Shown here: one piece after another, positions 35,751-49,781 of the stretch
Position numbering within the stretch: position 1 is the first letter of the stretch
How the letters are laid out: each line of letters opens with the position of its first letter
Source: Podarcis tiliguerta
Taxonomy: Eukaryota
Direction: 5' to 3' (one strand)
Length of the DNA: 64,000 bases
Assembly (NCBI GenBank): GCA_965153285.1
Contig: OZ229110.1
Notes under the pieces: model-generated
Seen by the model: only the letters and a program-made list of their open reading frames with translations
What the model was told of the DNA's origin: nothing
Databases searched by the model: none
Program-made: the position numbers and the translations under genes

Positions 35751-38569
35751 AGGAGCTGTGAAATAATTTTACGTTGCTGGTTTTCAAAATGGCCTCAGCT
35801 TTCCTAGGCGAGAGGAAGCTGCCCCTTAGCTGTAGTGTATATTTTTATTTTATTTTATTATTCATTACATTTGTATACCGCCCTATACCCAATAGATCTC
35901 AGGGCGGTTCCCAACAATATAGAACTTAAGCTCTTTTTCCTCTGCTGACAGTGTTTTATTTCAGGGAAATGCACAAGAGTTCTCAGACAAAACGTAATAA
36001 ATAGTGGCTATTCTAATCTTGGTGTTGATAGTCAACAATGCCCATTGTCAAAATTGTTAATCTCCTGACTGAAGGGGCAATCCTTTCACATCAGTTTCTT
36101 TATGAGGTGCAGCTACTTTTAATAAGATCAAAGGCAGAGGAAGCAACCTGTTAACACCATCATGGCTCACTTCTAAGGCACCTTTTTGTAAATAAGACTA
36201 CAAAAAGCTCCTCGGCTTCAAGAGTATGGTATTTAAAAGCTTGCTGGAAGCCTGCAGAGGGGAAAAGGGAGAATTCTGGTTATCTTGCAAAAAGCCTGCT
36301 ATATTTGTGTGGTGAATGCGGAGCAGCAGGTTCCTATAATCTCGCAGTTTTCTTGGTTTCTGTGTTGGGTGTGGTTTCTCTGCCGGCCTGATCACTTGCA
36401 TTTGGCTACCAAGGCTGTGGTCCTATCCCCACTTGTTTGGGAGTAAGTTCCTATTTAACTCTATATGGTTTACTTTTGAATAGACGTATAAGATTGCAAT
36501 CTTATCAATATGTAGAAAGCAATTCTTATTGAACTTAACAGGCCTCATTTTTGAGTAAATCTGGTTGGGATTGTTCTGAGGTTGTGCTGAATACGGCCAA
36601 GAATCTCACATACATCTCAATGCCTTGGTATTTATTATTGGATTATTTTATCTTTCATGCTGTTTTATTGTAGCTTGCCCTGGAAGAGTGGGCTAAAAGC
36701 ACATTTTAGTAGAAAAAATTATAGACTTGAATTTGTCAGAAAAACCTAGATCAGTATGGCACACTCTTCCACCTTAATTTCTTTATATCTGCAGTTTTCT
36801 AGATTTTGGACAAGCTAATGTGTCTTCCTCCCACTTCCTTTTCATACCTTATTGTGATAAAGTTTCAAAAACTGTGACACTCAAGAGCTGGTTTATAATC
36901 CTTGTGGCACTAGTTTGTCTTAAATTTATTTTTAGAATTAAAATCGAATATGGATGTCATTTTATCCCTTGGTGCTATGAGATTAAATGAGTGCCTAAAG
37001 CATATTTCAAGTTCAGCAAAATGTAAGTTTAAGGAGTTGTAAAAACTATGTATGTGTGCATTTTATATGTAAGCAGCGTGTCAGTAATTTCCTCAGTTTG
37101 CTTTTATCTTCCTGCCTTTGAATTCTTCCTTCAAATTCTATACGTAATAGACCAATTGCTGGTATCAAAGTGGCAATCTTACAAGATTATTCTTCCTCAG
37201 AGATTTGCCAGACCCCAAAATAGAAAACAGTGTCTCTGTATTCTGAAATAGGGTGTGTCATTACTTACAAAACAGGTTTTAATGGAATAACAAACTTTTC
37301 AAATACATTCTTCAAAGTCACAAATTCCTTGCAGGCCTACCTGGGGGCTCGAGTGACTGATAATGCTGCTCTTTGTTTTTGCCTTAAACTGCAAAAAGTA
37401 AGCAAAACTTTAATTACATATGCACAAAACTTCAGTGATAGTGGTGGGAACTGATCTCTGGATAATGAAAAGTGATGTGATAAGCATTTGATTCTTTTAA
37501 ATGGGCAGACTTGCTAGTTCCCACACATTAAAACGCTGCAGCTGTGCATAAACACCTCTTTCCATTTTAAAAATATGCTGTAGTTTTGTTTGGCTGACCC
37601 CTGGGCAAAAGGTTTCAGATAGTTTCTCCCTTTAAAATTATATTTAGTGGTGGCTTCAAGCTGTATGGAGGATAAAGCTTATCATATTTTACTCTCCAAT
37701 ATCAAGGGATAACACATAGAGTTGGCTAGGGCCATGGTGAAGTGTATTAAATAACAGCATTTACAGGAAATCACCTTAATCCACTTTTAGAGAAGGTGTA
37801 TTAAAGATACAAATTTGCTCAATTTTAGTTTGCTCAAATTGTTTCCACAGCCCACTAAAGGTGCTAGCTGATTGCACTTTCCAGTATGTAGAATTGCATG
37901 TTGAACTGTTATTACTACAAATTGCAAATATCCAAAACAGCTGGATTTTATGACTAACAGAACTAACCATGTCTACTTTTAAGTAGGTCAAATTAACGTC
38001 AGTGGGGGTTACTTCTAGGTAAGTGGGTTTAGGATTGCAGCCTTCATGTTTTCTTTCTGATCACACTGGAGTAGTCTTGAATTGTTTAACTTTTCCTGCA
38101 ACATTAGCCACTTGTTTGACAAGCCTTTTTACATTTAATTTTTTACTGTGCTCTGCAATGTCACTTTGTAGGAAATTTCTCGGCCTGGATTTTTATGATA
38201 CCCTATTCCGTGGAAAGCCTATTACCGTATTTTTCTGTATAACACACCCCCATGTATAAGACGCCCCCTGTTTTTGGGGACTCAAAATTAAGAAAATGGG
38301 GGGAGATTGCCCCCGTGTATAAGACTACTCCCCATTTTTAACATTATTTTTTAGTAAAAAAAAAAACTAGTTTTATACACGGAAATGTACGGTAATTGAA
38401 ATACTTTTCTTGCTGCAGTTCTTGTTTACCTTACGCAGTTTATCGTTAGTGTCCCTGTTAACTGTAGAATAATTTTTATAATAGTACTAATGATAACTTA
38501 ACAGAAAGCTTTTCTGTTTAGTTTCTTATTTAGACTGAGCACCAGATTCCTTGAAGGATAAAAAACATA

Positions 38570-38702
38570 ATGGATCCTAGCAGCAATTACCACTTCCTTC
38601 ATGACATCCTGAGGAAAACTGTGAAAATCACACTGAAATGTGGCACATTCCAAGGGGTGCTTCAACATGTGGATTCCAGCCGAAGCATCTTTCTGAACAG
38701 AG
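38570..38702 (+). CDS. EXD1: EXD1 first coding exon (acceptor at 38533/38534)
   Basis: [44 protein letters not shown]; donor G|GTTCTG. Confidence 0.92.
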
Positions 38703-41700
38703 GTTCTGCATTTGTTTTGAACTAAATAATTTCCATTGGAAACTGTTTTTTCAACTATTATTAGGGGAGATCCTTGAATTTTCTAGAAGCAATGGTCTAT
38801 GGATTAGAAGTTTATGTTGGTCTCTCTAATGATTTTCAAATAATTCATTATAAAGCCTCTGAATAGCTATCACACAATGAGTTATTATACTCAAAATTTA
38901 CAAAAATCTTTAGCATCAGTCAGGCTATGGGCATCTCTCCACTCTTCACCCCAACGTTTCCAAATTTTAGATCTGGCCCGCAGGCCACCAGCTGGTCATC
39001 CCTTTTCAATACAGCCATCTGTCGATGTTAGTATTTGGGTGTAATAGTCAAAATAAATTTCTGCATTGAATATCCTTGGAATGCTTACCTACACAATTTG
39101 AAATGTTAAAAGCAAAAGGGTTACAAGGGGTGCTAAATAGAATTGCTCCTGTGTTCCAGGACTGCATGAAATACTAGCCCATACAGCTCTTGCTGTTCTT
39201 CCTTAGGTTATCTAGGTGATGGTTATTTAAGGTATTTGGATGTATGATGTTACGTGCATATGGGAAAATCCAAATAAAAGAACAAGTATATTGGTAGTAT
39301 TCCACTGATAGTAGTTCCCTATAAAAAGGTAAAGGACCCTGGATGGTTAAGTCCAGTCAAAGGCAACTATGGCATTGCGGCGCTCATCTCGCTTCAGGCT
39401 GGTGGAGCCAGCGTTTGTCCACAGTCAGCTTTCCTGACTGGTCATGTGGCCAGCATGACTAAATCGCTTCTGGCACAATGGAACACTGATGAGTGGCAGA
39501 GTGCACATAAATGCCATTTACCTTCCGTCGCAGAAGTACCTATTTATTTACTTGCACTAGCGTGCTTTCAAACTGCTAGGTTGGCAGAAGCTGGGACATG
39601 AGCCGATTCAAACCTCCAACCTTCCAATCGGCAAGCCCAAGATGCTCAGTGGTTTAGATCACAGCGCCACGTCCCACAGTTACCCTATATGAGCATGTAA
39701 AATGCAGCATAATCCTTTTAAAATTTACTCAAAGGTAAGCCCCACTGAGGCTCGCCAGAGCAGCTTCGTCACGCTGGCCACGTGACCCGGAAGTGTCTCC
39801 AGACAGCGCTGGCCCCCGGCCTCTTAAGTGAGATGGGCGCACAACCCTAGAGTCGGACACGACTGGCCCGTACGGGCAGGGGTACCTTTACCTTTACCTA
39901 AGCCCCACTGAGGTAATTTGACATATGACCAAATAAGGGTACATGGGATCACAGCTTAATTTCATAAATAGCCCAAATTCCCAGAATCTCTAGAAGCAAG
40001 GAAGGTATTGGATTACTCAGTGCTTGAGGTGTGTTCCTGGCAGACAGAGTAGCAGAACAGCATTCCTCTCTTCTGCCTTCAGTGGTATTTGCTGTCATTT
40101 CCTATTACTGCAAATATTTGATCCTGGATGAGCAGGAGGTAAGTTGGATTCTTAGTTGCTGGTATCCAAGCACCATGGTTTAGGGGATTTAGCTTCCTAA
40201 ATCAACACCCATCTGGAAATGATAGAAAGCTGTATTTTTTTTCTGCAACAGGCTAACACAGAGATCAGTTATACAAGACATTGGAAACTTCTCAGTGAAA
40301 AGCATTCCTGATTTTACAGCCTGAGTATAATAATGGTGCCTTTCTAGTACTCTTAACTGCACCAATCAGCAAATAATGTTTTTAGCAGGAGATTAATAAT
40401 AATAATAATAATTTTATTTATACCCGGGCCAGAGCCGGGCTCAGGGCTGCAATCCCCAATAAAATTACAATAAAACATAATAGGGGGGGGGGGGACAAAC
40501 AAACAAACCAGTTTATTAAAATACAGGTTAAAATACAATTTAAAATAGCCTCATTTTAATAGTAGCCCATAAATCAAAACCATAAGAGGAGGGAAATATA
40601 AGGGTCAGACTGAGTTCAAACCAAAGGCCAGGCGGAACAGCTCTGTCTTGCAGGCCCTCCAGAAAGATGTCAAATCCCACAGGGCCCTAGTCTCTTGTGA
40701 CAGAGCGTTCCACCAAGTTGGGGCCAGTACTAACTACCTTGCAGCTTGGGACCTCCAAAGTGTTGTTATTTGTGGACCTTAGGGTACTCTGCAGGGCATA
40801 CCAGGAGAGGCAGTCCCATAGGTACGAGGGTCCTAGGCCGCATAGGGCTTTAAAGGTCAAAACCAGCACCTTAAACCTGACCCAGTACTCCACCGGGAGC
40901 CAGTGCAGCTGGTAAAGCACTGCATGAATGTGATCCCATGGCAAGGACCCCGTAAGGAGCCTCGCCGTGGCATTCTGCACCCGCTGAAGTTTCTGGGTCA
41001 GCTTCAAGGGCATCCCCACGTAGAGCGAGTTACAATAATCAAGCCTGGAGGTGACCATTGCATGGATCACAGTGGCCAGATCAGGGCGAGAAAGGTAAGG
41101 GACCAACTGCTTGATACGGCGGAACTGGAAAAATGCCACCTTTGCTGTGGCTGCAACCTGTGCCTCCATGGAAAGGGAGGCATCGAAGGTTACACCCAAG
41201 TTCTTGACAGAAGGAGCTGGCACTAATTGAGCCCCCGCAAGAGATGGGAGTTGACCCCCCAACCCCATGTCGTCCCAACCCAGCCAGAGGACCTCTGTCT
41301 TTGAAGGATTTAACTTCAACCGGCTCCCACGCAGCCACAGCTTCCAAGCGTCTGGTTAGTGTGTCTGGGGCCAAGTCAGGGCAGCCGTCCATCAACAGAT
41401 AAAGCTGGGTGTCATCAGCATATTTATGACAACCCAGCCCCAAACTCCAGACAGTCTGGGCAAGGGGGCGCATAAAGATATTAGCAACATTCCATAGCCA
41501 CAAATAATTTCGTTGTCTTCGCTGGATGCGGGTGGTGCTGTGGTCTAAACCACTGAGCGTCTTGGGCTTGCCAATCAGAAGGTTGGTGGTTCGAATCCCC
41601 GTGACAGAGTGAGTTGCTGTTGCTCTGTCCCAGCTCCTAACCAACCTAGCAGTTTGAAAGCACACCAGTGCAAATAGATAAATAGATACCGCTGCGGTGG

Positions 41701-44700
41701 GAAGGTAAATGGTGTTTCCATGTGCTCTAGTTTCCATCACGGTGTTTCATTGCACCAGAAGCGGTTTAGTCATGCTGGCCACATGACCTGGAAAGCTGTC
41801 TGTGTACAAAGGCCGGTTCCCTCGGCCTGAAAGTGAGATAAGCGCTGCACCCCATAGTCGCCTTTGACTGGACTTAACCGTCTAGGGGTCCTTTATCACT
41901 GAAATGATAGGGGCCCTATCATTTTATCACTGAAACGATAGGGGCCCCATTATCACCGAAATGCTTTTGGCAGTAGCTATCCACTTTTCTCAAAATCTGC
42001 TAGCACGGCACATGGATCTATTATGCGGCATCTCAAGGAGATTGACTAGATTTCCAGAGTTGTTTACTTAATGCTAAATATGCAATATAATAACAAGATT
42101 TCATTTACTGTACTGAAAATTCCTTAGCAGCTGTCTGCAAGTTAAGCTTTTTAAATTTGTCCTACTAAATTCCTTGGAAGAACACTGGAATGCAAATGCT
42201 TTTAAGATTTATTTACTTGGATGAAATGCAGGTGTTTGTTCAACTTTTATCACATGCAAGAGAATTTCAACAGTGTTGGCATATAAGGCATTAAATATAT
42301 CCGTATTTTATATAGTCAAAAAAGGCTAATCTCAGCTGTGCTGTATAAATTTCTCAATAGTTGGCATCCTTTGATGAATTCCAAAGTAATACCTTAAGCA
42401 ACTGATAGGGTAAAATCATCTCTCACCGTTACATGTGCAGACATCTGCTGCATTTTCTGTACCAGTTACAGCAGAACATTATGTTTTTTGGCATGAATTT
42501 ATTCATTTGTTTGTTTAACAAAATCTATATACCACCTGATTGTAAGAAAACCTAAGTGGTTTCTAGCATTTTATTATGCTAAAAAGGATAAATATTCTAA
42601 GAATTTGATTCTTCACATAGCAGTCTGGATCCCTCATATTCACTTTTTCAAGGAACAAACAACTTTTTATTGTCTAGATTTCTGTCCTGCCTCGTTCCTG
42701 AACTTACAAAGTAGCTAACTGTAGTAAAAAGGAAAAAGAAATAAAAATAAAAAGCAAATAAAACAAAAATATAGATTAGCCAAGAAGATTAAGTTGAACA
42801 GGACAGAAAGAACCGAAACCATAACTAAACTAAATGCCATTAAAATAGGATAGGCCTTGCCAGGTGCCTAAAAGATAGGTAATAAGATGCTTGGCAAACA
42901 TTATTTAGGAGGGAGTTCCATAATTTAGGAGGCACCACAGAAAAGGCTGTTTTCTGGTGGTTACCCACAAACCTTAGATAGTGAAAACAGTCTAAGAACA
43001 GCTTCCAGCGAAGGCCTTGTCCTGACAAAAATGTAGGTTGCTCTGGAAGAATCACTTAATCACATTCTTGTCTATTGGAATAAGTATGACTACTCTGGCT
43101 CATTTGGTGTGCAGGTTGCAATCTGAAGCTGCAAACACCTACATAGGGTGTTAGGCCACACTGATTTGATTGATGATAATAATTTTATTATTTATATGCT
43201 GCCCATCTGACTGGGTTGCCCCAGCCATTCTGGGTGGCTCCCAACTAAGATTTAAAAACACAACAAAACACGAAACATTTAAAAACTTCCCTATACAGGG
43301 CTGCCTTCAGATGTCTTCTAAAAGTCAGATAGTTGTTTATTTCCTTGACATCTGACGGGAGGCAATTCCTGCCTGGTTCCCTGTAACTTCACTTCTCATA
43401 GTGAGGGAACCTGGAGACCCAAGGTTCTACTCCCTTGGTTTAGTTCCTCTTATTATTTTGAATGTGTCTTTATTTTATTATTATTTATGTGGAATACATT
43501 TTAATTCATACTCTTCTCTGAGATCCTTTGGAATGAAGGGCAGGCTGAAAATAATATAAATATACATACAGTGCTTGGCTTTTAAACTTCACCGTTTTAA
43601 ACAGGACAGTAAAGAAATATCATAAAACAGATTAGCTCAGTATAGTGCTACAAAGCACCTTAAGAAAATAGGATTGATGCACACAATTTAAAGAATCCTC
43701 AATGTACTGTACATTAGCTATACTAAAAGTATGGTGCCCACCTAATTATGAAGAAGCAAACTATACAGTGAGCAAACTGTTCAAAGGTTACAAGAAAGCT
43801 TGATGGTTGGATGATTTTCACAGAATTCCACTCTGCTATGTTCGCCAGTGATGTTTTATATCTCATGATTCTTAATAATAATTAAAATCATTATTTATTA
43901 TTTCTACTTCGCCCATCCGACTGGGTTTCCCCAGCCACTCTGGGTGGCTCCCAACAGATTAAAAACAGAATAAAACATCAAATATTAAAAACTTTTCTAA
44001 ATCCTTTTTGCTTTGGTTAAAGGCCACGACACTTACCTTACTGTATTTTGTTTACTTCAGTTAAGAACTTGGAAAGTGGCAGATCTGTACCAGGAATAAA
44101 GATGTTCTTTGGCCATGAAATTGTTAACGGTGAGAATATATATATTTAGTTATACTCAGAAATTCTTGATTGGGTTTAATGCCATCTGACAGTTCTTTTT
44201 GTCCCACCCCTTTTCAAATGAGGCTCCCTGCTCAAGGATGCATATGCATGAGCATAGCCAGGATTTTTGTTGGGGGGGAGGAACATGACTTTTGTGGGGA
44301 GGGCAAAATCAATGTGATTGGTCAGTTGGTTAAGTATTTCTATTGTTTTACTTGATCTGCCCCCCCCCCTGACTATCCCCATGTGCCTACATCCAGTTCA
44401 GTGAAACTGACAAATATATGTGCAATTTTATTACAGTGAGTAATACCACAGGATTCATAAAATGCTATGGAAAAGCTGTAATAAAGATCTGTTGGTCACA
44501 TTTCAACACATTACACAAGTTATTTCCAACATTTTACAAAAATGCATTTTCTATGAAAAGCTGCAAGTTCAAGTACCCATTAATGTTGTCTTTGCATATC
44601 CTTCAAGCCAATACATGCTCACGTATGATCTGAAGCTTTGATGGCAGTACAGTAGATAGTGGAATGATTTAAGCATTAAATAATGGATATTTCATGTTTG

Positions 44701-47700
44701 TGATCACTATAATTAGAATCATCAGCTTCAGTATATTTGTATGTCTCTTTGCTATGGTAGAACAGCAGCTCATAACATACAGAATAAAATATAACAACAT
44801 TTCAAGATAATGTATTAACACTTACAAAACACAACACAGTTTAAACAAAAAGCCACAGTACTATTAATAGGGCAAACAAACATATCACGTTAATAAACAC
44901 TGAAACAATGCCTAACAATAAAATACAAAGCATCCAAACAGCAGCAAAAACAATGCCCCCTGCAGGAAGGGTGGGGAAAGCAAGTGAAAAGACTTCCTTG
45001 TTGGTTCCAGCAGACTCTCCTCTGTAGCAAGGAATTGGTGGCTGCTAAGGTATTAAGTTGTAAATTAGGAAATACAGTGGTGCCCCGCAAGATGAATGCC
45101 TCGCAAGACGGAAAACCCGCAAGACGAAAGGGTTTTCCGTTTGCAGAGGCGCTTCGCAAGACGAATTTCCCTATGGGCTTGCTTCGCAAGACGAAAATTG
45201 ACGAAAATTTTTGAGGGTTTTTTTCGCTCCAAAACCCCTTTTTCTGAAGCGCTAAGCTGCTAAAAGCATTTTAGCAGCAAAACCACCAATCCCTTAAGCC
45301 TTTAATAGGCGTTAATAGCCCTTAAACTGCTAATAGCGCTAATCCGCTAATGGGCTTGCTTCGCAAGATGAAAAAACCGCAAGACGAAAAGACTCGCGGA
45401 ACGGATTCTTTTTGTCTTGCGAGGCACCACTGTAGCTTGCTCAGAGCTTGCCTCTTCCAAACGTCTCAATCTTAGGCTACAAACCTCTCCCCTTGGAGTA
45501 AGCCCCCTTGAACAGAATGGGATTTACTTTTGGGTAAACTGGATTATACAGTAAGTCTTCTGTTTGCAATATGGTTATAATAATAATAATAACTTAGCCT
45601 ACACAGTTATTGATAGATTACAGGCAAAGTTCAATAAAAGCATTTAGTAAAAGCTCTGAGAACTATATGGAGGAAGGGTTGACATAAGAGCATTTGAAGG
45701 TCATATTGTAAGCCTGTAGAACAGACATTTTCAGAAGCTTTTGCCCTGCTCTCTCTGAAATGTACCCCTTTTAAGTCTTACCTCAAAGCCTGTGTTTTAA
45801 AAGGACACTTTTATTCCTGTGGAGGCATCACACACCCGTTACCCTTGCCACCTTTCCCGCCCTTGTCTGCTGCTGAATGTCTCGCCTTTTGTCATGGGAA
45901 TGATTCTGCTCTATTTATTAATGGCTGCACTCAGCCTGCCTTACCAGGTCGGTCTGGCCCTCTTAGCATAGGCCAAGTCTAGGAATTTCCATGTTTGGCA
46001 CAGTTTAGTCAAACCTTCATTAATTCTAACTTTTGCTAACTCTGCCAAAATCTAAAATGTATGCATGGAAGTTGCAATTGTCATTTAGGGACATAATAGA
46101 AATCCTTCGTAACATTTTCAAACTTGCCCTTCATTGGTAAGATTCAAACCAAATTTGGGGTATGGGAGGAAAACGTACGTAGGGTTGTATCAAATGAATG
46201 GGCCGCCCAGCAGAGTCTTAGGGGCTGCATATTCTGCAGCCTTTCTCAATTCAGTGAGCCCTGTTTCCATTCTCTCCCCCTGGCCCCTTCCCTGTTTCAG
46301 TCTCAAATCCTTGTGCACTTCCCATTCTACCTTCTCAAGGACCTTGTTTTCAGATCCTGAATAGGCAGCCTGTTGTGGAGAGCATAATAGTACTGTAATA
46401 CTAGCTGCTTTTGTCAATAGAGCCAAAGTGTTTTTTGGAGAGATTCTATAGAATAGGCCAGTGTAACTTCTATCCTATTTCCTATTTCCATGACATGTTT
46501 GCATTTAATTTAACCCTCTTAAGAGTCATGCCATGCTTATTGTCCTGTAGAATGAGTGCCTCTTTTCTGATCCTGGTAGCTTCCTTTCTTCTTGGGAGTC
46601 ATGATTGCATTCTTCATTTGCCAGTAGCGTTTTTGGCCTATCTTCAACTTTCTAGGTATTGTGTAGTTCCTCATTGAAGGCAAAATCTGTAATTGGAGCT
46701 GTATATTCATTTTTCAGTGGAATTAATTGATGACTCGGAACAACACACTGCAGAAGGAAAGACAACTCCTATCAGGTACGTATGAAGAGTTTTATCATCA
46801 AAGATCACTGGTGAACTTGGATATTAGGATAAGTTAGGTGGAAAATCTTATATGTATACTGATTCAGCAAACTAAAGCAGTCCAGAAGCCTACTACTTGC
46901 AAGATGGCTGTAATCTATTGTCCCATAACCCATTACAGGATAGCCAGTGAACTTTGCACGTTGCCTCTGTAGTTCTTAATTTAAAATAACCTCTGTTTCT
47001 GGGTCCAGCTTCTCATTATTACCCTTCCTCCACAACTGAAATAATATTTTGTGTTGGGGGCGGGGTGAGGAGTGGCATGGTCCTATGTTATGTAATTTGA
47101 AAAAAATTGAGCTAAATTTCAGGGAATCTCCATTCAGAGGTAAACAAACGTTACTTCCGGAAACCACTACAAGCAATTCCAGTTAGGATTGCGATCTTAA
47201 CTCTAATTCTGCTTGCTTGCATTCTACTGTTTTTCTGCTGAGGATCTTCCCTTCCTTGCTTCTAGGGTAACCCAGAATAACCTCTCCTGACCTGAAGCCC
47301 ATGGGTGTAGGCAGATGTCCCCCCCCCCCATCAAGTAAATAAATAACAATTATTAACTAAAAGTAGAATTTGATAGATTTTTCTGAGCAAGTAATTTAAA
47401 ACGACTGTTGTTGAGACATTTCATTCCAAATTTGCTAGACAGAGCCAGATAGAGGATGATGACAGGTGGGTACATTGCCCCCCACTAACACAAATCCTGG
47501 TGATGCCCATGCTGAAGCCCCATTGCCTAAATCAATTGCCAGTTCTTTTGCAAGATGTGAATGTTTGCATAGGAAGTCCTTGCTTCATGTAGAATAAAAT
47601 GCCAAGAGTTTTTATGTTTACATTAGTTAAAATGTAAGATGTAGTCTGTCCACAGTTTTACCGTAGCTGATAATGAGAATTGATCAGGGCACCCTTAATA

Positions 47701-49732
47701 ATGTATTGCACAGGGAAGCTCCATCTACCCAAGTGTCTGCAGTGGACAAAGGAGAACCACGGAAGCAGAACACACAGAATCCTGATTCTCTTTCTCAGGA
47801 CACTCATCAGCTCAACCTGGGTAACTTCAGGTACAACTTTTCAGGTAGCTACCAGAAATTCAGCCTAATATCCAAGCAGCAAGTCATAATCCCATAATTT
47901 TTATGTCATCAACTTGGGGCTCTGTTTGTTTGTTTATAGGCTCCCCACACTTCACATTAAGGTCCCAGGGCAGATTACAGCAGTAAAAACAACTTTCAAC
48001 TATAAAAACAGAAAATACCCTCTTCCAGGCATACCTCTACCCATCTCCTGTCTGCTTGCCCAGGCACTTTTTCAACCATTAACATAGCCTAAGCCATGTG
48101 GAAGGTTAATCAGCCCTTGGGTGTATTCAGCAAGCACTTCAGCCCAGAAATCCAGTTCAGTAGTTTATTTACAGCTGTAGATAAGATAATGGGCAAAATG
48201 GAGCATTTGTGGTTAGTGCTGCAATTGATTGGGTGGAAGAGAATTCCTAGGACTCTAGATTCAACTGGAAATTGTGTGGAATGTAAAAATAATATGGTCG
48301 CTGTAATACAGAAAGCCTTAGCTTTTATTTCCTAGCCTTCAAATGCTTAATTTGGAAACTGTATCACTTTATATCGTTCTGTTCATGTCATGGAGCAGTA
48401 AGAAAAAAAGGCCTTTTAATTACAGTTGTTTCTTGACAAAAGAGGATCCAGAAACAACCTGCTTTTTAAGAGATTTATGTGTAACTTGCTGTTAACAAGC
48501 ATTATAACCAAATGTTTTGAAGAAAGGGTTACTGAGTTAATCAATTTATTTTATCTGTTTTCTAAGTATTGTTTCATGTCTCATCACAGCTTACCTTTTT
48601 TGTAAAGGAGAAAGCATAGTGTATTTTTGAATACATATTTTACAAACATATACTGTGAGCATAGGCAAGAGAAAATGTTTAGTATGGTATCTTTTTAACT
48701 GCAGATCAAGACAAAGGGGAGGACATAGAATATGTTGTTGTTGATCAATTTCAGAAGCAATTTGGTTCTGCAGTGAGTATAATATTGTTACTTTTACTTA
48801 AGGGTGTTTGTTTTGGTTGCTGTTCTGGGAAATTGTAGTTTGGCCAAGGATTTCTAATGGAATACCCAGCACCAAACTACTTTTCCCAAGGTTCATTGAA
48901 AACTCTGACCAATCACCAAGTGGTATAAATCTAATATAAATCTGAATGTCTAGAATTCATCATTTGTTAAATTTGTTTCCAATTTTTCCACTAAATGATA
49001 CAGCAGTGAGCAACAGTAAAATCCAAAATAATAATCAAATCAGAAAAGAGGTATGTAAAACATAAATCAATAAGAACAGCAGCCAGTTGAACAAATTGCA
49101 ATATTTACAGTGATTAGCTCAGTTTGTTAGAACACGGTGCTGATAATGCCAAAGTTGCAGGTTTGATCCCCATAAGAGACAGCTGCGTAATCATGCATTT
49201 CAGGGGGTTGGACTAGATGATTCTCAAGGTCACTTCCAACTCTACGATTCTATGAGAAAGTCAGATTGTGCTTGAATAAAAGCATCTTTGCCTGTCTGGC
49301 CAGAAGAAGGTAATCCAAGAAGATCCTCAGAGATTCTTCGCTGACAAGGAGTTTCAGAATTTCTCTCCTTTCTTGATCTTCTACATGCTTTAGAGGTTGA
49401 GAGGAAAAAGGGGCGCCTCTCCTGAGAATCTTGAAACACAGGCAGGCTCATATGATGGAATGCAGTATTTCTGATAATCAGACCCAAAGTTGTGTCGGAC
49501 TTTGTATGTCATAACCAACACTGAATTAATGCCTGGAAATTTCACCAGTAGCCATTGAAATTATTGCAACAGGCTTCTTGTAACTTGTCCTGGTCAATGG
49601 TATGGCTATAGTGTTCTGATATATGCCTTGAATGACCATGAATAAACGACTGGAAAATCTGGCCATAAATCAAAAGTACAACTGTTAATCACTTGTTCAG
49701 GCTTGTTGTTGGTGGCTCTTGCAGGTGTGGGT

Positions 49733-49781
<49 letters not shown>

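Noticed and set aside
40687-41740. Functional reverse transcriptase gene
   Set aside because: 5'-truncated and frameshifted; ORF 41081-41740 is a chimera running from a SINE into a LINE.
41894-41963. CRISPR-like direct repeats
   Set aside because: Three imperfect tandem copies without unique spacers at a SINE tail in a eukaryotic intron; a local slippage or duplication.
49110-49255. tRNA gene (also 13520-13590 and 18980-19045)
   Set aside because: Degenerate cloverleaf fused to a CR1-type tail, so these are tRNA-derived SINE heads.
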